64,000 nucleotides of DNA from Candidatus Omnitrophota bacterium (GTDB lineage Bacteria; Omnitrophota; Gorgyraeia; Zapsychrales; Fredricksoniimonadaceae), in assembly GCA_903944345.1 (NCBI GenBank), contig CAJARJ010000002.1, positions 1,969 to 65,968 on the forward strand, in the 5' to 3' direction. Each line of letters begins with the position of its first letter. Position 1 is the first letter of the stretch. The notes beneath the pieces were generated by a model, which worked only from the letters and a program-made list of their open reading frames with translations, did not search any database and was not told where the DNA came from. Position numbers and translations under genes: made by a program. Below are positions 18,134 through 25,151 of this stretch, piece by piece.

Positions 18134-20812
18134 TCAAATCCCGAGGAGATCTGCCGGATTCGCAACAGGAACGATCCTCAGAATCTCGCCCTCCAGTCCG
18201 ACAAAATCTTCCCGTTGAAACGCTGCAAGCATGGCTGGATCAAAGCTCATCGTGACCGCATCCGCAGAACGCTCACGTTCCATAGCCATCGCGTACGGAT
18301 CAAGACTAATACCGCCCGGAGCCTCTTTTTTCTTGGGGACATCATCTTCATAATCTGAATATAGCCGCACGCCCAGTCCAAGCCCCAGCAGAGACTGAAA
18401 CAGGTTTTCTGCAGCTCCCTTGCCCGGATCGCGCGCGCTGTCTCCATACAAAAGCAGCCGCCTCCAGACACCATCCCACTGGCGCCCACTCAAGGCAGCA
18501 GGACGATAAGTCACCCCGTCATTCAGATAAAGAACCGACTTTTCAATTCTCAGATCGCCGGAAAGTCTGTCCAGATTCAAGCCCGGATTAATACGCTTAA
18601 ACTCCCTGGCATTTACCGCTCCGGACGGATAACCAGCCATAATAACCGCCGCTTCCCGGGCACTCACTCTTTTGGTCAGCAAAGAAACAAAATTATCTCC
18701 CTCTCTCCGGGAGATATCCAGAGACACCTCCCTTTGGTCCCAGGACGAAAGACGCACCCGGTATTCGATCCCCAGAAAAACAACTCGGGCCTCATCCCTG
18801 CGCTCATTAATCTGCAAATCACTGACATGCACATAGCCATCTTTAAGAGTATCACGCAGTTTTGCGATATAGCCCGTACGATTTTCGTCGGCGGGCAGAG
18901 GGTCGTCAAGGCGGGTCTGCCATCTTTTTTTCACCACCGGTTGCTGATCCACCCCGGAAACAATGTCTTCCGTCGTCGGCCTGGACTCACGATCCTGACG
19001 CATTTGCAGAACATGTCGCCGGTTCCTGAAATAACGGCCGATGGCCTCGGCATACTGCCCCGAAAGAAAAACACGCAGCTCCCCCCGGTTGATCGACATG
19101 GCATTGGCTATAACCGCAGACGATTCGAACAAACGCTCTGCATCAACCGCAATAGAAAAAATATACCCGGGCACTCCCTGACGTAAGGAAGCCTCCTGGT
19201 CTTTTCTGAAAAGAATTTTGTAAACTTTCCCGGAGGCCGCAGGCGGAGTCTGAAAATAGACCTGGTCTTCTTCCCGGATCTTCACTGCCTGCTGAGAAAA
19301 GGCTCCGGCGACAGGCTGCATATCCTTGATAACCGATAAAAACTCGTCGAGCCAGGGATACTCGTCCGCTTTAACGTCAAGGATCTGCGCGCTGTCGATC
19401 ACATCCGGCTGGCGAATCATTGTAAACACCGCCCCCCGGCGGGCAATACTGTAAAAACCTTGAGCAACTCCCTGTTCTTCAAAGAATGCCGCGATATCGT
19501 TTACCCCGGTCTGATGAAACGGAATACTGAAATCCCGCTCTGCTCTTTCTACACCGTCCGGGAACAATTGAACCATGGCCGAAGCATTCCATTGCCCGCC
19601 CCAAGCTGCAATTTCATCAGCAATAAAATGCATCACCTCCGGCAAATCACCAACAAGAACGTCCTCCGCCATTGCAGCATCTCCGGCAAAAACCTGCCGG
19701 CCCATAACCGAAACCAAAGCCAGCTTGCCGGAAGCAAGCTGGGCGCGATCCGCCTCGGTAAAAAACCTGTCACGTTCCAGCACCCGGGATAACTGTACAC
19801 CGTCAACTCCGCCGGAGAAATACTTTCTTGGAACCGACTGGCCCTGCGGCCCCGATTCTTCCCGGATATAATCAAAGACACCCTGACGAAACGATTGCAG
19901 ATACTGTTCATAAATCTTCTGCGCCGACTGCGGATCCCGGGCCAGCACCCCGCCCGTCTTGCCGCGATCACTGTAAACCTGGTTCAGCAGAGCGTCTTTG
20001 AGCGCTTCTTTATACCAGGCCGCCAGAATCATGGCGTGAAACATCTGCCGAAGCGCGGTGAAATGCCGCCCCTGATTGACTTCCCGCTCTATCTCCGGAA
20101 CAATAACCTCACGAACAACACTTTTCGTCCATTCCTGCGAAGGCGCTTTCTTCTCGCCGCGGGCTGCCTGATAATCCGATTCCAGCATCACCTTAAGATG
20201 TGCCTGCGCAACAAACACCGAGTTCCCCCGCTCAACCACCCGCGCCCGGTCGGCGACAATCCATACCTTGTGAAAGGTATCCACCGGAATATCCGTCGAG
20301 CCAAACTGCTCCCTTGCCCGCGCATAAACCCTCTGCCAGAACGCCTGTCCCAACGCCTGTTCGGGATACAAGAGGGATGCCGTCAGCTGTTTGAGCACAT
20401 AATCCTGTGCGAGCATATCCTCTCCCAAACGGGTACGCGCCAAGTCCGGTTCTGCCATCCGCTCGCGTTCGACAGGAGACAAATTAACCCAGAGATCGCT
20501 CTCCTTGACCGTCAGGGCGGCAAGAAAATATTTAACCAGTTTTTGCGCTTCTGCCCTGAAATCTCCTCCACCAATGGCAAACCCTGACTGTCCCGGATCA
20601 ATCATAAAGTCAAACCGGAGCGGCTGCTGCGGATAAACTCTCAAGCCTTTAAGCGAAACCGGAATATACGGCTGACTTTGCGCCAACATGGAGCCAGGGG
20701 CCGGCAAACCCGCAATCTGGGCCTGCGCTGGAGCAGGAAAAGAACTTCCGGAAAGAAAAATCAAAGCCAGCGCCAACCGTGCGGCGCAATGAAAAAGAGA
20801 ATCATAATTCAT
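18134..20812 (-). CDS. Conserved-N-domain large exported protein, paralog C (~892 aa; unrecognised cargo)
   Basis: Start at ATG 20812 after GGAG. Signal peptide ending AQAQ; LVKYFLAALT, WVNLSP, QDYVLKQ, KVWIV, HLKVMLE and PRKYFSGG; C-terminal GGISL...DPAML...GL. Confidence 0.9.
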   Translation of the reverse strand: MNYDSLFHCAARLALALIFLSGSSFPAPAQAQIAGLPAPGSMLAQSQPYIPVSLKGLRVYPQQPLRFDFMIDPGQSGFAIGGGDFRAEAQKLVKYFLAALTVKESDLWVNLSPVERERMAEPDLARTRLGEDMLAQDYVLKQLTASLLYPEQALGQAFWQRVYARAREQFGSTDIPVDTFHKVWIVADRARVVERGNSVFVAQAHLKVMLESDYQAARGEKKAPSQEWTKSVVREVIVPEIEREVNQGRHFTALRQMFHAMILAAWYKEALKDALLNQVYSDRGKTGGVLARDPQSAQKIYEQYLQSFRQGVFDYIREESGPQGQSVPRKYFSGGVDGVQLSRVLERDRFFTEADRAQLASGKLALVSVMGRQVFAGDAAMAEDVLVGDLPEVMHFIADEIAAWGGQWNASAMVQLFPDGVERAERDFSIPFHQTGVNDIAAFFEEQGVAQGFYSIARRGAVFTMIRQPDVIDSAQILDVKADEYPWLDEFLSVIKDMQPVAGAFSQQAVKIREEDQVYFQTPPAASGKVYKILFRKDQEASLRQGVPGYIFSIAVDAERLFESSAVIANAMSINRGELRVFLSGQYAEAIGRYFRNRRHVLQMRQDRESRPTTEDIVSGVDQQPVVKKRWQTRLDDPLPADENRTGYIAKLRDTLKDGYVHVSDLQINERRDEARVVFLGIEYRVRLSSWDQREVSLDISRREGDNFVSLLTKRVSAREAAVIMAGYPSGAVNAREFKRINPGLNLDRLSGDLRIEKSVLYLNDGVTYRPAALSGRQWDGVWRRLLLYGDSARDPGKGAAENLFQSLLGLGLGVRLYSDYEDDVPKKKEAPGGISLDPYAMAMERERSADAVTMSFDPAMLAAFQREDFVGLEGEILRIVPVANPADLLGI

Positions 20813-20845
20813 AGCAATCACTCCATATTGCATATTTTATGCGCG

Positions 20846-20874
20846 ATTATGGCACATACTGTCAGAATATGCAA
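20846..20874 (-). promoter_or_regulatory. sigma70-like promoter for paralog C
   Basis: TTGCAT, 17-bp spacer, CATAAT with extended -10 TG. Confidence 0.6.
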
Positions 20875-20915
20875 GCAAACGCAACATGCCTTGTCGCCCT
20901 TTTATGCCACACACC

Positions 20916-23900
20916 TTACCGCAAAGCAGTCGTAACTGCGGGAATAGAAGCAACGGAAGACCGGCCAAAAAACTGATCAAAATCAACGGCCTCTCGAATA
21001 GAAAGAATAACCGGGCTCAGGCCATGCGCATTACGAAAACTCTCCAGCATAGCCGGATCAATGTCAAACTCAATCTCGCCATCAGCAGAAATTCTAAACG
21101 CAAGGGACTGCGGATTAAGATCAATACCGCCCTTGTCGGCAGGGTAATCTGACAAAAACGATACGCTCTCAGACTCTTTTGTCATCCCTGGCCGGGATAA
21201 TATTCTGAAAGAAATCTCCCGCTTTAACATCTCTTTCACATCATGACTGATCAATGGATAAACAAAAATTCCTCGGTCCTGACCGCCGGCCTCATGCACA
21301 AGCGCATGTTTTTTGACAACCTGACGAAAAATGGCCACCATCGGAGCAAGTCGCACGATATCGTGCTGTTGGCGACCAAACAAGGCATCTGTCGATGCGA
21401 GAGAAACATCGTATCTCCGGGAGAATTCACTCTCAAAATATGCGGCAACGCGCTCGTCTATACTTCGCAGAGTGTCCCGTGTGTCGTGCATCTCATACAA
21501 TCCCCAACCGAGCTCATCCTCACGGGACAACCTTCCCTCCTCAAAAGGTTTATGATCAAAGAATCCCGGTTTCCTGGTATCCTGACAAAAACCGAAGTCT
21601 ATCAGCACAAGATGCCCGTCCGATGCGAAGCCAACGTTCTCTATCGCAAAATCCCGGTCGAAGACCCCCCTTTGCCAAACCGCTTCCATCAATTCGAAAA
21701 ACATATCCACGAAAGAATTTCCCAAACGCCGGATATCTGCTTCGCTTACTTCCCGCACGCGAAGTGTCGCCGCCATGTCATCACGAATGCCCTGCCCGTT
21801 GGGCTGAATGAATCCTCGTTTGATGATCAGGAACGGAGGCACGAGTCCTCCCAATCGCGAATACGCCAGTTCAAATGATTCCCACGTCTTTGTCCAGCTA
21901 ATACCGTACATTTCTAACATACTGTATGGATGATGATGTGGAACTTTTATCCCGTAATCCCGTTCCGGATCAATATAGAAATACGACTGCTTGCCTTCTT
22001 TTCTGACCGCAGATACGCCAAAAGATAAAAGTTGACCCGAAATCATTCCGGTTGCCGAATCTCCGATCCACGACTGGAAATCCTGTTCTGCCGCGAATCC
22101 CAATCTTGACAAAATATCCTGACTTAAGGGGTGCCCTCTTTCCATGTCATCCACCAACTTTCCGGCAAGGAACTCTGAATGACTCCGGGAACCGCCCCCC
22201 ACAGCATCGATCCGTTCTATCGCGTTGTCAGAAAGAATATTTGTTGCCCCTATAAGTACGGGGGCTACTGCGGAATCAATGATTACACCTGGCGAATTAT
22301 CCTGATCAATGATCCTGCGGACTCTCTCCTCTGCCGATAATCTTTCGAGAACTTCTGGTGCAGGCACCTTAAACGCAATATTACCCCCCTGGTCCCATCC
22401 TTCCGACTTGAACCATCGATCCTCTGACCTGACAAGCAAATCAACACGTGACACACCCTCGGCAGGTAAAGGAAACCAGGCATAATAGTCACCTTGCCCA
22501 TCTGCGGCCAGTATCGTATCAATCGTCCCGTTGCCGTTAACGGTCGAGGGATACACATCATCCAACATCACCAAAGGGGGCTTCCGCCATTCATTAATAC
22601 CCCAATGCAGGGTTAACTGTTCGTCCGGTGCCCCCTGAAACCTGACGCCAAACTTCAACCCCCTTTCATCAGGCTCCAATACCAGACTCAACTCATCTCC
22701 CCGCGAAGTTCTTATCGTTTTAGACCTCCAGGGGGGGGCGCCTTGCGTCGGATGATCAGCTGCTGGCAGCGCTGATCCGGAGATATTCGTATCCGGCTTT
22801 CGAAGAACATACAGTTGCGGACTGGTCCTGCTTATGAAATACTTGCCCGGAATAGAATAATTTAGTGATTGCAATCCTTCAAAATCCGCCGCCTGCAATA
22901 ACAAATGCGTAAGTCCACCAAGCACAGAGTACCCGCCCGGTTTCAAGGCATTCCGGAGATGCCCGACCAATTCCTTAGCCTGAGACCTTGTTGCGACCTG
23001 ATGATTAAAGCCCCCTCCTGTTGAAGTGATGATATCCATGCCTCGAACAAGCTCCTCCAAAGGGTCACGCATCAAATCCGCCTGAACGATATGGAGTGCA
23101 CTTTCCAGACGAGCCGACATTGATTCCAAACGGGAGATATTGGCTCCGTTTTTCTCAACCAGCCAATATTCAATCTCCGGCACCGGCCTGGACAAAAACG
23201 CATAATGCCTGCGAATGGCCTTATCCATCTCCAGCACAAGACCTCCGTCTCCTCCAAAAATATCCGCAATCCTGATGGCTTGTCCGGGACGAATCCGGGA
23301 CAACTCGTCAACAAGCCCAACGACCGCCTGCACAACATAAGGATATACTTCCTGCGCATAAAGCAGTCTTACCGCCAGAAGAGAACTCCCCCATCCATTC
23401 CAGTAAGTGTCGGGCAACAACTCGGATTCTGCAATATGGGTGGAATTAAATTCAAACTCATCTCCCATAAGTAAAGAAAAAAGAGCCCTGAGCTGCAGAT
23501 TCCTGCTGTCTGTTTTTTCCAGCTTTATTTCGGCGTACTGTCGTGTGGCCGGAAGATACCAGAATATTGTCCGGCGCCCTCGATTAAATTTTCCGTCTGC
23601 CCAATAAAGCACCAGATGCCGGTTAGTCAGACGGAATGATTCTCCGGGATAAAACGACAACACCTCAGAAAGATCCAGTGGCATCGCGGGAGATGCCCCC
23701 TTGGGAAGATCCCCTATGGAAACTACATCTCCCCAAAGACCATCCAGAGTCTTGATCGTTTCAAGGATACGTTCCGCCCGTACCTGCCGGGACATCTCCC
23801 AGGGGCCAAAAACACCTTGCCGGAACGTCACCCGGGTATCCGCATTAGCTTGTGCGCTGTCTTCCCCGTCGAGAAGATATTTTGATGTCGAAACATTATC

Positions 23901-25085
23901 CAAAGAACCCGAAGATAAATCCGTACTGAAATTGACCTGTGAACTCACCATCAGATAATCATTTGACCAGGACAATTGAGACGCATCAGGCTCAAGCGTG
24001 TTTACAAGAAGCACCGCCATATCCATTCCCACGCCCCCCGAAAAATACTTTCTTGGAACAGCACCATCCGGGTAAACATTTTCTTCTTCCCGCACCAGGC
24101 TGAAAGCTCCCTGCCGAAAAGACTCGACATACCTCTGCCAAATCTTCTCTGCTTCCCCGGGGTCTTCAATTTTAACTCCGGCGATCTTGTTCTGATCCAC
24201 ATACACCGCCGTGAGCAGGGACTTTCTGATTTTCTTCTTGTACCACGTGGCGAGGATCAGGGATTGATAGACCTGTCGCAAAGGCGCGAAATTGGCCCCT
24301 TCGTTGACTTCCTGCTCCAGTACCGGAACAACCACTTCGCGCAGGACGGTTCGGGCGATTTCCTGGGCACCGTTGTCAGATGAACCGTCGGGCTGAAGCA
24401 AGACAAGGCTGTCATCAGTGCCAGATACAGTCCCGGCCTCTCGCGCAGAAGCAACATAGTCAGCATCCAGCATGACCTTGAGCCGGGAATCGGTAATGTA
24501 CACCGCTCCCGCCTTGACATTCTCATAGACTTCCGCTTTTTCCGGAACAATCCACACCTTGTTAAACGTATCCACCGGAATGTCGGTAGTACCATATTTC
24601 TCCTGCGCCAGAGCGTAGACTTTCTGCCAGAACCTTTTGCCTGTTTCCCCTTGCGGATACAACAACGTGGCGGTGATCTGCTTGAGAATATAATCCTGCT
24701 CCAGAAGATCCCGGCCCATTTCGGTCTGGCCAAACGCTTCAGGAATAATGCGGTCTTTCTCATACGGGCTTAAGTTCACCCACAGGTCTTTCTCGGGAAT
24801 GGTCAGGCTGGCGAGAAAATATTTGATGAGTTTCCCGGATTCCTGCCGGGCCGACACAAGGTCGGCCTCTGCGCCTGATCGGGTTCCCGGATCAAGAATG
24901 AAATCGAAGCGAAGCGGCTCTTTTGGGTACACCTTAAGCCCTTTAAGAACAGCAGGATGAGACGCTGAAAAAGGATTGAACACCCCCCCAGGTGCAGGCA
25001 GAACGCTCTGGGCATAACCCGGTTGCAGGCTATTGGCCGCAAAAGCCAGAAGAAGAATAAAACAGAAACCTTTTCTCAGAAACAT
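20916..25085 (-). CDS. Conserved-N-domain large exported protein, paralog D (~1389 aa; methyltransferase-like, CBM-like and kinase-like cargo)
   Basis: Signal peptide ending GYAQ; family N-domain; IADIFGGDGG...LKPGG; LHWGINEW; GIKVP, DRDFAIEN and LIDFG; C-terminal GGIDLNP...DPAML...GLSPVI. Alternative TTG start at 25112. Confidence 0.9.
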   Translation of the reverse strand: MFLRKGFCFILLLAFAANSLQPGYAQSVLPAPGGVFNPFSASHPAVLKGLKVYPKEPLRFDFILDPGTRSGAEADLVSARQESGKLIKYFLASLTIPEKDLWVNLSPYEKDRIIPEAFGQTEMGRDLLEQDYILKQITATLLYPQGETGKRFWQKVYALAQEKYGTTDIPVDTFNKVWIVPEKAEVYENVKAGAVYITDSRLKVMLDADYVASAREAGTVSGTDDSLVLLQPDGSSDNGAQEIARTVLREVVVPVLEQEVNEGANFAPLRQVYQSLILATWYKKKIRKSLLTAVYVDQNKIAGVKIEDPGEAEKIWQRYVESFRQGAFSLVREEENVYPDGAVPRKYFSGGVGMDMAVLLVNTLEPDASQLSWSNDYLMVSSQVNFSTDLSSGSLDNVSTSKYLLDGEDSAQANADTRVTFRQGVFGPWEMSRQVRAERILETIKTLDGLWGDVVSIGDLPKGASPAMPLDLSEVLSFYPGESFRLTNRHLVLYWADGKFNRGRRTIFWYLPATRQYAEIKLEKTDSRNLQLRALFSLLMGDEFEFNSTHIAESELLPDTYWNGWGSSLLAVRLLYAQEVYPYVVQAVVGLVDELSRIRPGQAIRIADIFGGDGGLVLEMDKAIRRHYAFLSRPVPEIEYWLVEKNGANISRLESMSARLESALHIVQADLMRDPLEELVRGMDIITSTGGGFNHQVATRSQAKELVGHLRNALKPGGYSVLGGLTHLLLQAADFEGLQSLNYSIPGKYFISRTSPQLYVLRKPDTNISGSALPAADHPTQGAPPWRSKTIRTSRGDELSLVLEPDERGLKFGVRFQGAPDEQLTLHWGINEWRKPPLVMLDDVYPSTVNGNGTIDTILAADGQGDYYAWFPLPAEGVSRVDLLVRSEDRWFKSEGWDQGGNIAFKVPAPEVLERLSAEERVRRIIDQDNSPGVIIDSAVAPVLIGATNILSDNAIERIDAVGGGSRSHSEFLAGKLVDDMERGHPLSQDILSRLGFAAEQDFQSWIGDSATGMISGQLLSFGVSAVRKEGKQSYFYIDPERDYGIKVPHHHPYSMLEMYGISWTKTWESFELAYSRLGGLVPPFLIIKRGFIQPNGQGIRDDMAATLRVREVSEADIRRLGNSFVDMFFELMEAVWQRGVFDRDFAIENVGFASDGHLVLIDFGFCQDTRKPGFFDHKPFEEGRLSREDELGWGLYEMHDTRDTLRSIDERVAAYFESEFSRRYDVSLASTDALFGRQQHDIVRLAPMVAIFRQVVKKHALVHEAGGQDRGIFVYPLISHDVKEMLKREISFRILSRPGMTKESESVSFLSDYPADKGGIDLNPQSLAFRISADGEIEFDIDPAMLESFRNAHGLSPVILSIREAVDFDQFFGRSSVASIPAVTTALR

Positions 25086-25091
25086 GCGCAA

Positions 25092-25120
25092 AGTATGCCC
25101 GACAGATTCCAAGTTTTCAA
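25092..25120 (-). promoter_or_regulatory. sigma70-like promoter for paralog D (possibly leaderless)
   Basis: TTGAAA (25120-25115), 17-bp spacer, CATACT (25097-25092); 6 nt to ATG 25085; no SD. Confidence 0.55.
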
Positions 25121-25151
25121 GTGAAGGAATCTTCTGAACCTCAAAAAGGGC

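Noticed and set aside
1-25085. The paralog family as a prophage, mobile element or diversity-generating retroelement target
   Set aside because: No integrase, transposase, reverse transcriptase, terminal repeats or adenine-specific TR/VR pair is visible; the A-B differences are mostly synonymous.
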